A stretch of DNA of 64,000 nt from an uncultured Actinomycetota bacterium. GTDB lineage: Bacteria > Actinomycetota > Actinomycetes > JAHEKZ01. How positions within the stretch are numbered: the stretch's first letter is position 1; every line of letters starts with the position of its first letter. The position numbers were made by a program, and so were the translations under genes. Under the pieces are notes generated by a model. It did no database searches. It had not been told where the DNA came from and worked only from the letters and a program-made list of their open reading frames with translations. Of the stretch, positions 49,621-59,179 are shown one piece after another. The DNA lies in NCBI GenBank assembly GCA_963718235.1, contig CAVQYR010000001.1, positions 1,664,001-1,728,000 of the forward strand, given 5' to 3'.

Positions 49621-50000
49621 TGTGATGTCTCAGGACATCGGAAACTGCCGGACCTGCAACTGCAGGTCCGGCAGTTCTCATTTCTGGGGCTTTCGGGTGG
49701 GTCCTTTGGGGGCTCCAGTGGGCTGGTAGTCGATGTGCGGGTTGAGGACGAGCTTGCGTATCAGTTCGCCGGTGATCGGGTTGACGATGCGGATGTTGAG
49801 GTCCCGGACGAGCAGGATGACGCAGGTTCCCTCGTAGGTTCGCCCGATTCCGATGTGGTGCAGCCGGCCGTTGTGGCGGATGGTGACTGAGCCGGCTTCG
49901 TCGACGCGGTCGTGGCGGATGCGGTCGTGGGTGTCTTGGTCGTGGGAGTCGCCGGGCAAGGCTTTCGGCATCTTGACGTAGCGTGCGGCCGGGGTGACGT
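49621..50000 (-). mobile_element. IS481-family remnant: right end plus C-terminal transposase fragment
   Basis: TGT-initiated end TGTGATGTCTCAGGACATCG 3 bp after the tRNA, hairpin at 49643-49676, and peptide TPAARY..PKA.P...RIRHDRVD..G.VT.R..GRLHHIGIGR...GELIR.L...DYQP. Confidence 0.8.
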
Positions 50001-50163
50001 GGCTGTCGTCCCGACTGTGACTACTGGTTGCGCCGTGAATGTGCAGTTTCGTGTGCCAGTTGCGTCCGAAGCAAGCCAGAGTCCCGCGAGAGACTGGTTG
50101 CGAGTGTGATACTCAGCGCATCGGTCCGGCAACCTGGCCGGGCCCCCGGACCTGGAGGCCGAT

Positions 50164-50475
50164 ATGTGGGCTCAGCTCATCAAGATGCGCGCGAAACAGG
50201 GCCGCAAGCAGGACCTCGTGACGATGCACGAGCGCATCCAGGCATTGGAGGAACCGGGCTCTGGCTTGATTCGCACCACCATCGGTTGGGACCAGAAGGA
50301 CCCGCAGGTTTCCTATGTGATGGTCGTCTTCGAGAGCGAGGAGAAGGCTCGCGCCCGTGAGCAGAGCCCCGGCCGACAGGAGGCCATGGCTGCCGTCACG
50401 GTCGATATGGCGGAGGTGCTGGACGGCCCACCCGAGTTCGTCGACATTACCGAGGTCCAGGAGGTCACTCCTTAG
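50164..50475 (+). CDS. ABM-like (dimeric alpha+beta barrel) small protein
   Basis: RBS GGAGG. Pattern K.G..Q.L, VVFESEEKA, LDGPPEF. Confidence 0.7.
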   Translation: MWAQLIKMRAKQGRKQDLVTMHERIQALEEPGSGLIRTTIGWDQKDPQVSYVMVVFESEEKARAREQSPGRQEAMAAVTVDMAEVLDGPPEFVDITEVQEVTP

Positions 50476-50604
50476 CGAGCACGCCCGGCGCCTTGGCCGC
50501 GCTGATCCAAGAGCCCCAGGCCCAGCACGGAAGGCGGGCGCGACCTCCCGCCATCTGTGGGTGGACACCTCGTCGACATCGAGCCGACCCCCACCCCGAC
50601 CCCA

Positions 50605-50756
50605 TCGCGGCCGGGGGGTCTGCTGGTCGACGAGCAGGGCGGTCAGGACCAGGCGCGCTTTCTGCATGACCCAGCGTCGAGCCCGACCGGGTGTCTCCTG
50701 TGTCTTGCGACTGCCGGACCTGCAACCGCGGGTCCGGCAGTTGTCGTTTCTGGGGC
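50605..50756 (-). mobile_element. IS481-family remnant: transposase N-terminus and left end, abutting a second right-end hairpin
   Basis: MQKARLVLTALLVDQQTP (ATG at 50667). 50710-50756 re-copies the 49644-49690 hairpin and flank. Confidence 0.65.
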
Positions 50757-50810
50757 GTTTGAGCGCCTTGCAGCACCATGCCGGAGAGGCCGCGTGCGGC
50801 GAGCATCCGC

Positions 50811-51992
50811 CTACCTCACCACGGCGCTCGGCACGGGGCTGTCGACGGTCGTGCCATTTCCAAGCTGGCCGAACCCGTTGTCTCCCCAACAGCGCATCGT
50901 GCCATCGAGCCGCACGGCACATGTGTGCTGCCCTCCCGCACTCAAGGTCTTGACGTGACACAACCCAGCCACGGAGACCGGTGTTGCCCAGTCGTCGGTG
51001 GTGCCGTTGCCGAGCTGGCCCGCGTTGTTCGCACCCCAGCACTTGGCCCGCTGAGCCCGGGTGCGCGAGCAGGTGTGCCAGTCGCCGGTCGTCACGCCGA
51101 GCGCGCGGCTCATCTGCGACAGGGTCGGCGTCGACGTTGCGCCGGTTGAGCCGTCACCCAGTTGGCCGTCCTCGCCTTGTCCCCAGCACCACACGCTGCC
51201 GTCGTTGCGGCGGGCACAGGTAAACTGCTCGCCGACCTGCACGAGCGTCACCGCGCCGGGCAGCCCCGTCACCTGTACCGGAACCAGGCTGCGGTCAACC
51301 GCTTGCAGCCCGAGCTCGCCGTAGCTGTTGTCACCCCAGCACCAGACAGTGCCGAGTGCTTGGCGGGCGCAGGTGTGGTAGGTGCCGGTCGTGACTGCGG
51401 CCATGTCGACGAGCCCTCGCGCCCTGACCGGGGTGGCGCTGGAGGTGGTCGTGCCGTCCCCAAGTCCACCGAGTCCGTTCAGGCCCCAGCACCACACGGT
51501 GCCGACCCGACGAACGGCGCACGTGTTGCTGGCGCCGGACGACACCTGGCGCACGCCGCTGAGGCCCTCCACCCGGACTGGGACACGACTGGCGGTGAGG
51601 GTCCCATCGCCGAGACCGCCGAAGGCGTTGTCTGCCCCAGCACCAGACCTTCCCATTCGAACGAACGGCGCAGGAGTGGTAGGCGCCTGCGGACACCTGG
51701 ACGACGTCCGTCAGGTTGCTCACCCGCACTGGACGGGTCCGCGTCGTCGTCGTGCCGTCGCCGAGCTGCCCATACTGGTTGTCGCCCCAGCACCACACCG
51801 TGCCGTCACGACGCACGCCGCACGTGTGTGTCGATCCGGCGTCGGCTTGGACCACACCGGAGAACTTGACGACTGCCGTGGCCGCTGAGGGCGGGGGCGC
51901 AAGGGCGACAGCCGCCAAGAGCAGCAGGAAGCCCACCAGGGAGCCCAGCAAAGAGGCCAGAATCGCCAGACCCTGCTCGCGTCGACGCATCA
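50811..51992 (-). pseudogene. Secreted RCC1/BLIP-II repeat protein, split by a frameshift at about 51633
   Basis: Signal-peptide-like N-terminus and repeated G..HTC....G.VWCWG.N..GQLG.G units in two frames. Confidence 0.85.
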
Positions 51993-52184
51993 TGTCGGCC
52001 ACCCTCCAATAGCTGAGGGACACACCTCAGCCCCTCGGTCGCTCGGTCCCTTTCGTCTCGATGCTGGGGCCCTTGCCCTGAAGCTCGGCAGAGGCCTAAG
52101 TCCCCAGGATCGCCACTCAGCAGGGCTGATCCAAGCGCTCGTGGAACTCGCTCGCCGTTCTGTTGAACGACCTCGTGCGGCGTC

Positions 52185-52757
52185 CTAGCCGATGGCCATC
52201 GAGCCCGGAGCACAGGTCGCTGTCATCCTGACTGTGGCCGTCACTGGCTCGGCGGTGGGGTTCACCCAGGTCACACCCCACCCACTCGTCGGGTCGCCGC
52301 CGACTGGTCCTGACCGGATCATCTTCAGCGGGATGATGTCCGGTCCGTACCCCGTCACCCCACCCGACAGGACGACTTCCCCGCTCAGGCACAACGCGAC
52401 CGCATCCGCCGTGGGATCGCCAGGGAGTGTGTCCTCGAGCGGAGGGACGGTGACGGTTCGGGTCACGTGGCGCATGGTGACCTGGAGGTCGACCGTTCCT
52501 GGTGGCCCCTGCTCACCCCGTGGGCCGCGGGGGCCAGTCTTGTTCCACTGGACCTGGGTGGCTCCCGTTGGGCACTGGTTCTTCGGCGCTTGACCGACGG
52601 CGACGTTCACCAGAATCCCGTGCACCAGACACCCGGTGTAGGTGTTCGAAGGGGCGGAGGGCGAGGCAACGGCGAGCCCGCCGGCCACCACCACCCCCGC
52701 TGCGACCACCGTTGACGCGAAGACGACTCGACCTCTACGTGTTGACCACAGTCGCAT
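52185..52757 (-). CDS. Exported hypothetical protein with a short collagen-like segment
   Basis: RBS AGGAG, signal peptide (..GGLAVA), Cys pairs, WNKTGPRGPRGEQGPPG. Confidence 0.75.
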   Translation of the reverse strand: MRLWSTRRGRVVFASTVVAAGVVVAGGLAVASPSAPSNTYTGCLVHGILVNVAVGQAPKNQCPTGATQVQWNKTGPRGPRGEQGPPGTVDLQVTMRHVTRTVTVPPLEDTLPGDPTADAVALCLSGEVVLSGGVTGYGPDIIPLKMIRSGPVGGDPTSGWGVTWVNPTAEPVTATVRMTATCAPGSMAIG

Positions 52758-52985
52758 GACGATCTCCTGACCTGCGTTGGTCGCTGCTTCGACCACCCTC
52801 GGCGGGTGATCATCTGGGCGCTTCGACGGTAGGCGCGAACAGTGCCCACTCGGCAGGTGCGAAGGTCACCGGTCCTGCCCAGGCAGGTAGTCAATCCGGG
52901 CCAAGGGCATGCGCAGAACCACCCTTGTGCGCACGTGGGCGCGAGGCCATCCTGATCCGCATCTGTGGAGCCAGGAGGGCCAACC

Positions 52986-53694
52986 ATGTCCGTATCGTCG
53001 AAGACCGTCAGCTCACGAGGCACGTTCATCGCGCTGATGCTGTGTGCCGTCATCGTCGTGGCCTTCGGACCGCTCGGGTTCTCGCCCTTCGCCCGCGCCG
53101 CGGCGGGTGACCCGTTCGTGCTCGGCATGATGAACCGGTCGACGCCGACCACCTACCTGAACTGGGACAAGGCGACCTACCCATCGCGCGACACGGGGCT
53201 TGCTGTTCGCGGGGATGTGACGGCGGCGGTGTTCGCCACCAGCGAGGAGTACCTCGGTTCATTGTCCGCGGAGGACCGGCCGATCACCGGGCTTCAAGCG
53301 GCCGGGAACGACCGTGGGGGCTACTTCTACGGGGTCAACGCAGGGCTCGAGTCCGAGTCGGAAGACCTCGGGATCCGGGCCAGCGGCGACACCGCGATCC
53401 GCGCAGACGGCGGTAGTGTCGGTCTTGCGGTCACCGGCGACACAGCGCTCGAGGTCGACGGTGCTGTGTCGTTCAGCTCTGCGGGGCTGGTGCGGGTTCC
53501 GAAGGGCAAGCAGTCGGTGACGGTGTCCACGGGAGCCGACCTGAGCGCGGAGAGCAAGGTGCTCGCCACAGCGCAGTCACCCGGGGGCCAGGTCCGTGGA
53601 GTCCGTCGAGCCTTCGGCACGGGCTCGTTGACGATTCAGCTCGTCTTCACCGGCGACTCGCACGGTGATCGTCGCGTACTTCGTGATCCAGTAG
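52986..53694 (+). pseudogene. Exported Gly/Ala-rich beta-strand protein, probable frameshift at about 53643
   Basis: RBS AGGAGG and signal peptide. The shifted frame gives a clean terminus SSPATRTVIVAYFVIQ* (stop 53692-53694); the unshifted ORF overlaps the next gene by about 240 bp. Confidence 0.6.
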
Positions 53695-53796
53695 ACGCGG
53701 TGGGAGCGGGGCCTTGCCTCGGGGTCGCGCGCCCCTTCCCTTCCAGGCAGGGGTCCGCTATACCTCGGTGTCAGCCGCAACTTCTGGGAGTGCCGC

Positions 53797-54807
53797 ATGC
53801 GAATCGCCGCGAGAACGGTCTCGATCTCCTGGATCCCTGCCGAATCGGTGCACGGGGCCTTGCGTCGCGGGTTCGACCTCGGGGTGGCCCACTACGACCT
53901 GCCGCCTCCGGACGTCATCGAGTCGGTCGACCAGCTCGAGCGGCTGCGCGATGCCGACGCGTTCCGCTTCTCCAACGTGCTGTCCGCCTGGATCGAGGTC
54001 GAGGACGGACAGATCGTCGACTTCGGACGTTCACGTGAGTCCGGTCTGGTGATCGGCTCCACGACCGTGCGCGTTGCTCAGCTGGGCGCGACGTTTCGTG
54101 CCATCTCCCTCCCCGAGGTGCAGCCTGACCCGGTGGTCTCGCCGACGAGCGTGCAGTTCGTCCAGACCGTCGGTGGTCGAACGGGCGTTCCGCTGCCCCG
54201 CCCTGTTCGTCATGCTCCGTTCGTCCAGTGGCAGGCGCCGGTGGTCTGGACCACGTTGAGTTTGACCATTCACGTCGACGGATCCGCAGAGTTCGACCTT
54301 GTCGGAGCGAGTGCCTTCCCTCGGCACTGGATCTATGGGACCGACGGAAAGCTGGCCGTCAAGAGCAGCCTGGCCGACCAGAAGGAGTGGGTGGCCCACT
54401 CCTTCGGCGACCGGACGCCGTGGGGAGAGCAGGACTCACCGGCGCTGGTGACCGCGGCGGAGACCGATCTGGAGCACCAGCTTTCGCCGGCCATCATGGA
54501 CGCCGGCAAGAGCCTCGAGACCCGTCGGTTCACGCCGGGGGAGCTGGTCACCCGGCAAGGCGACCCCGGTACGGAGCTGTTCCTTCTGCTGGACGGCGTG
54601 CTGGGCGTTGACGTCGACGGCGAGCGGGTGGCGGAGGTCGGGCCTGGTGCGATCCTCGGTGAGCGTGCCGTGCTCGAAGGTGGTCGACGGACCTCGTCGT
54701 TGGTGGCGCTCACGCCGGTCCGCCTCGCAGTGGCTGCTGCGGATGTCATCGACCTCGACCGGCTGAGGGCGGTGGCCGAGCACCACAGGCGCGAGGACGC
54801 CCGCTGA
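53797..54807 (+). CDS. Protein with an unknown N-terminal domain and a C-terminal cyclic-nucleotide-binding domain
   Basis: GE....QGD.G..LFLLLDG, GPGAILGERA, RTSS.VA. Confidence 0.85.
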   Translation: MRIAARTVSISWIPAESVHGALRRGFDLGVAHYDLPPPDVIESVDQLERLRDADAFRFSNVLSAWIEVEDGQIVDFGRSRESGLVIGSTTVRVAQLGATFRAISLPEVQPDPVVSPTSVQFVQTVGGRTGVPLPRPVRHAPFVQWQAPVVWTTLSLTIHVDGSAEFDLVGASAFPRHWIYGTDGKLAVKSSLADQKEWVAHSFGDRTPWGEQDSPALVTAAETDLEHQLSPAIMDAGKSLETRRFTPGELVTRQGDPGTELFLLLDGVLGVDVDGERVAEVGPGAILGERAVLEGGRRTSSLVALTPVRLAVAAADVIDLDRLRAVAEHHRREDAR

Positions 54808-54808
54808 C

Positions 54809-55456
54809 CTACGACAGCGAGCCAGCGGCGAGGTCGCGTTCGGCGCGGTCGCGGATGCCGCGGAGCATCTTCTGGCTCATCACGAAGCTCGCCATCTCGA
54901 CCGGCTCGACAACCAGCCGCGCCCACGGCGCCCGGTACGCGTAGCTCTCGCGAACAAGCAGCCGCGTGGCACCCTCGTCCGCGGGTACCAGGACGAAGGC
55001 CCAAGTGAAGTCGAACGGTGCTGGTTCCTGGTCGCTCGGAGCGCCGCCACTGACGACGAGGGCACGGCCCGGCACGACGTCGGTCACAACTAGGGCAACC
55101 TCCGGGTGCAGCCGGAACGGGTCACCGACGGCGACGTCCTGCCACTCGGGGACGATCTCGTCCGCGCTGTGGATGTCACAGCCCACCAGGTTCTCAAGCG
55201 CGTCGTAGCTGTAGAGCCCGCCTCTTCCTTGGCCGAGCTGCGCGATCCAGGGCCACACGTGGTCCGGCGCTGCCCGCACCGTGATCGCACGGGTCGAGAC
55301 GAGATCAGGGGTGTCGATGCGCTCGTCGCCGGGCAGGGGAGCGGTGCACTCCTCGCCAGTGGCGCCCCACTGCAGGTACCAGGGTCGGGCGACCATCGCG
55401 ACTGCCGTTCCCAGACCGGCCATCACGACCAGCCTGCGCAGCGTGCGGCGTGGCAT
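54809..55456 (-). CDS. SRPBCC-like protein
   Basis: Motifs WGAT..E...LPGD, TRAI, VWPWIAQLG.GRGGLYSYD..EN, TRLLVRE, MLRGIR.RAE. Confidence 0.82.
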   Translation of the reverse strand: MPRRTLRRLVVMAGLGTAVAMVARPWYLQWGATGEECTAPLPGDERIDTPDLVSTRAITVRAAPDHVWPWIAQLGQGRGGLYSYDALENLVGCDIHSADEIVPEWQDVAVGDPFRLHPEVALVVTDVVPGRALVVSGGAPSDQEPAPFDFTWAFVLVPADEGATRLLVRESYAYRAPWARLVVEPVEMASFVMSQKMLRGIRDRAERDLAAGSLS

Positions 55457-55584
55457 GCTCGCCTCCCTCACCCGGGGTCGGCACGAGGTCCGCCGACGTG
55501 GCGGGCCCAGCCTACGGTTGCCGATCGACGGGGCTGGTCGGCGGGGCTGGTCGGCGGGGTCAGGTTCCTCGGTAGGGTCCTCGC

Positions 55585-56355
55585 ATGCCCCAAGCCCCCT
55601 TCACACTCATGGCCGGTGTCGAGATCGCCAACGGCCAGGTCGAGGTGCTCAGCCACGGAGAGGCCGACGACCGCCGTTCCTTCGGTGACCCTGTGACCGC
55701 CGCCCGCACCTGGGTCGGCCAGGGCGCCCCATGGCTCCACGTCGCCGACCTGGACGCGGCGGCCGGGCGCGGCAGCAACGCCGACCTGGTGGCCAAGGTC
55801 GTCGACGCGTGCCGAGGGCAGGTGCACCTACAGCTCGCGGGCGGCATCCGAGACGACGCGTCGCTGGCAGCTGCGCTCGAGACCGGCTGCCGCCGGGCAG
55901 TCATCGACGCGGCTGCACTCGGCAACCTCGCGTGGGTGGAGGACGTGGTGCGCAGTCATGACGACCGGGTCGGGGTTGCCATCACGGCCCACGAGCAGCA
56001 GATCTTCGCGCCCGGCTCCGACGCCGACGGTGCGGACCTGGTCGAGGTCCTCCAGCGGCTCAAGTCCGCCGGGTGCAAGGCGTACGTCGTGACCGACGTC
56101 GACTCCAAGGGCGTCCGCAAGCGGTCGCAGCGTCAGGTCCTGACCACAGTGCTCAAGCAGGCGCACGGCCACGTGGTGTGCTGCGGAGGCATCTCCCGGC
56201 TGCAGGACCTGGAGGCGCTGACCGAGCAGGTTCCCCACGGGTTGGCCGCTGCCGTGGTCGACCGCGCCCTGTACACGGAGGAGTTCTCGTTCAGCGAGGC
56301 GCTGGCCGTCATGGTCCCGCGCTACGACCTGTACCGCTGGGGCCCGCCCGAGTAG
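55585..56355 (+). CDS. HisA/PriA-like TIM-barrel paralog with degenerate active site
   Basis: Motifs WLHVADLDAA, GGIRDD..L.AAL.TGC.R, YVVTD, GGIS.L.DL, ALY...F...EAL. Confidence 0.85.
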   Translation: MPQAPFTLMAGVEIANGQVEVLSHGEADDRRSFGDPVTAARTWVGQGAPWLHVADLDAAAGRGSNADLVAKVVDACRGQVHLQLAGGIRDDASLAAALETGCRRAVIDAAALGNLAWVEDVVRSHDDRVGVAITAHEQQIFAPGSDADGADLVEVLQRLKSAGCKAYVVTDVDSKGVRKRSQRQVLTTVLKQAHGHVVCCGGISRLQDLEALTEQVPHGLAAAVVDRALYTEEFSFSEALAVMVPRYDLYRWGPPE

Positions 56356-56388
56356 GGCCCCCGCCGACGGCGCTGCGAGCGACGTCGG

Positions 56389-57162
56389 TCAGCCGAGGCG
56401 GAACGTCTCGGTGTGACCGTCGACGGCGATGGTCTGCCCCGACACCATCACGGCCTGGGGCGAGGCCAGGAACTGGCACATGTCGGCGACCTCGTCAGCC
56501 TGGACGAACCGCTTGATCGAGTGACCGCCCACGTACCCACGCTCGACCTCGGTGGGGTCGACGCCGCGTGCCTTCGCCTCGGCGGTGATCACCCCTCGCA
56601 TCCGTGGCCCGTCGACCGACCCCGGGCACACGGCGTTGACCCGGACACCATAGGGCCCAAGCTCGATCGCCAGCGACTTGACCAGGCCGATCACCGCCCA
56701 CTTCGCGGCCGCGTAGGGAGTGCGAAGGCCGTAGCCGAACTGCCCCGCCGTAGAGGAGATGCAGATGATGGCACCGGACTGCTGCTGTTTCAGGTGCGGC
56801 GCGACCAGGCTGCTGGCCACGAAGTGGCTCTCGAGCCCGACGGCCAGGCAGCGCTGCCACTGCTCGAGAGTCACGTCCTCGACGGCGGCAGTCGGCCCGG
56901 CGATGCCCGCATTGTTGATGAGGACATCGATGCCGCCCATGGCCGACACCGACCCCTCGACCCATCGGGTGAGCGCATCGGCGTCGGCCACATCGACCTC
57001 AGACGCGGCAATGCCCTGCTCCGGGCGGTCCACCTGGCCGACCAGGTACGGGTCGATGTCACAGACCCGGACTTCGGCGCCGGTAGCCGCGAACCGCTGT
57101 GCGGTAGCCCACCCGATGCCGGACGCGCCGCCGGTGATCAGTACCCGCTGAGTCGATTTCAT
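56389..57162 (-). CDS. SDR family oxidoreductase
   Basis: Motifs TGGASGIG, NNAG, YAAAK, RVNAVCPG. Confidence 0.95.
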   Translation of the reverse strand: MKSTQRVLITGGASGIGWATAQRFAATGAEVRVCDIDPYLVGQVDRPEQGIAASEVDVADADALTRWVEGSVSAMGGIDVLINNAGIAGPTAAVEDVTLEQWQRCLAVGLESHFVASSLVAPHLKQQQSGAIICISSTAGQFGYGLRTPYAAAKWAVIGLVKSLAIELGPYGVRVNAVCPGSVDGPRMRGVITAEAKARGVDPTEVERGYVGGHSIKRFVQADEVADMCQFLASPQAVMVSGQTIAVDGHTETFRLG

Positions 57163-57279
57163 CCGGGCATCCTCTCCCATGGCGATCGCGGTGATGACAC
57201 CGTCCGGACGACGGGTCGTGACCAGATCGTGGCCGCGTCTCCCTTCGCGCTCCCCTGACCGACGTGCGAGTGTGGCGGG

Positions 57280-57513
57280 ATGGGCCGTGGTGCGCTCCAT
57301 CGGGTGACTTCCGGACAGGGGCTCCTGGTCATCGACGCGCCCCCGGCCGGGGGGCCGCGGGACTCCTCACTCCACGTCGAGGCCGACGCGATCTGCCCCC
57401 GCTGCCTGTCCTGGATCGGACCGGACGACTTCGTGCGGCGCACGGGGTACGGACTGCTCCAGCACGAGTCATGTCCCCGCCGCCTCGCCCAGCTCGTCGG
57501 CGCGTACCAGTGA
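57280..57513 (+). CDS. Small hypothetical protein with CxxC...HxxC motif
   Basis: CPRC-x19-HESC with GC3-rich codons. The start is uncertain. Confidence 0.55.
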   Translation: MGRGALHRVTSGQGLLVIDAPPAGGPRDSSLHVEADAICPRCLSWIGPDDFVRRTGYGLLQHESCPRRLAQLVGAYQ

Positions 57514-58032
57514 GGTGACCCGCCCGAGCGCCATGCGCGTGTCCTGGTCCAGCTGGTCGACCATCAACGACACGCCGGCGAACGTGGCGTCGCAGGACTC
57601 GACGAGCTCGCGGGCTGCGAGGGCCTGGCTCCCGCGCTCGGCCCAGTCGTCGACGAGGAGTACCCGGTCGCGCCGGTCGACGGACCTCTGCATGCGCAGC
57701 TGGTGACGCAGGCCCCGGTAGTCGGTCTCCGCCTCCGCCGTGACCTTCGCGCCCGGGAACAGCCCGTCGGCCTTCCGGATGGCCGCGAACCCGACACCCA
57801 TGGCCACGGCGACGGCGCCGCCGAGCAGGAAGCCGCGCGACTCGATACCGGCCACCCGGGTCACGCCGGCCCCGCGCCACGGGGCCGCGAGGCCATCGAC
57901 GACCGCAGCCAGGGCTGCCTCGTGGCTGAAGACCTGCCACACGTCCGCGTGGCCGCCGGTCCAGCGGAACCGGTCGAGGAGCTGACGACGGGCGGCCTCA
58001 ACGGCCCGGTTGTCGAGTTCGATCGGCTCCAT
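57469..58032 (-). CDS. Adenine phosphoribosyltransferase-like (PRTase type I)
   Basis: Motifs GIESRGF, IRK, and PRPP loop RVLLVDDWAERGS. Confidence 0.85.
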   Translation of the reverse strand: MEPIELDNRAVEAARRQLLDRFRWTGGHADVWQVFSHEAALAAVVDGLAAPWRGAGVTRVAGIESRGFLLGGAVAVAMGVGFAAIRKADGLFPGAKVTAEAETDYRGLRHQLRMQRSVDRRDRVLLVDDWAERGSQALAARELVESCDATFAGVSLMVDQLDQDTRMALGRVTSLVRADELGEAAGT

Positions 58033-58163
58033 GAGGCCATCCTGCCTCGGCATCGCCCGCTGGAGGCTGTGGGCGACGTCACGACCATCCCGGGCGCGGA
58101 CCCGGAACCAGGGTCGCAGGTGCACCGTCTCACGCTGAGTTGTCGGTCTCCGGAAGGCTCGTG

Positions 58164-58448
58164 ATGGTGGTCCAGCCCGCGTCGGACGCGCACACGTCCT
58201 GCGCACGCGACGAGGAGTACGCGGTGGCGGTGCAGCGGCAGGTGTCCGCCGCCTGGCACCGGCGCGACCTCGGTGCCCTCGACCGGATCGCCCACGAGGT
58301 CGAGCGAGCCAAGCACCAGGCAACCACCCTGGAGCGAGCCCGGCTCGACCTGGCGACGGAGATCATCGCCTTCTGCCGCGCCGACATCGTCCGTCGCCGG
58401 CGCTGGTCACCGGCGCGGCGCGCCACCCGCGCCCTGGTTCCCGGCTGA
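58164..58448 (+). CDS. Hypothetical protein
   Basis: ORF with genome-like codon usage; no recognised motif. Confidence 0.45.
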   Translation: MVVQPASDAHTSCARDEEYAVAVQRQVSAAWHRRDLGALDRIAHEVERAKHQATTLERARLDLATEIIAFCRADIVRRRRWSPARRATRALVPG

Positions 58449-58566
58449 CCGCGGCCGCGTCGACCGCTGGCCCGGCGGTCATGATTCGCATCGGCGGGCT
58501 CATAGGGTTGGGCCCTGTCGGGGCGTCCACCATGGGCGCGCTCCGGCCAGGCAGGGAGGACACGGC

Positions 58567-59166
58567 GTGGAGGTCCAGGAGACCGAGATCCAGACGGATC
58601 GGGTCCTCACCCTCCCGAACGTCCTCTCGGCCCTTCGCCTGCTCCTGGTTCCCGTGTTCGTCTGGCTCGTCCTGGGGCCGGAGGCCGACGGGTGGGCGGT
58701 CGCCGTCCTGGCGCTGAGTGGGTTCACCGACTGGCTGGACGGGAACCTGGCCCGTCGTTGGCACCAGATCTCCCGGGTCGGGCAGATCCTCGACCCGATC
58801 GCCGACCGGCTGTTCGTCACGGTCACGGTGCTCGTGCTCGCGATCCGCGAGATCATCCCGTGGTGGCTGGTCGTCGTGCTCTTCGCCCGTGACGGGCTGG
58901 TCTTCGCCGTCCAGCTGGTGGAACGGTCGCGCCACCTGCCGATCATCCCGGTGAACCTCGTGGGCAAGGCGGCCACGATGTGCCTGCTCTATGCGCTTCC
59001 GCTGCTGCTGCTGACCGACACGAGCAGTGGCTTCGCCGACCTCGCGAAGCCGGTCGCCTGGGCGTTCACGGTGTGGGGGACCGGCCTGTACTGGTGGTCG
59101 GCCATCCTCTACCTGGCGCAGGCCCGAGCGGTGTCGGCCGGTCGCACCGTCTCGCTGAGAGCCTGA
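58567..59166 (+). CDS. CDP-alcohol phosphatidyltransferase (PgsA2/Rv1822-like)
   Basis: Motifs PNVLS..R, TDWLDG.LAR, G..LDP.AD, GKAAT. RBS GGAGG. Confidence 0.93.
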   Translation: MEVQETEIQTDRVLTLPNVLSALRLLLVPVFVWLVLGPEADGWAVAVLALSGFTDWLDGNLARRWHQISRVGQILDPIADRLFVTVTVLVLAIREIIPWWLVVVLFARDGLVFAVQLVERSRHLPIIPVNLVGKAATMCLLYALPLLLLTDTSSGFADLAKPVAWAFTVWGTGLYWWSAILYLAQARAVSAGRTVSLRA

Positions 59167-59179
59167 CCGGGGCCGTTGC

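Noticed and set aside
49618-58560. attR duplication of the tRNA-Pro 3' end
   Set aside because: No second copy of the T-arm/acceptor sequence was seen by eye.
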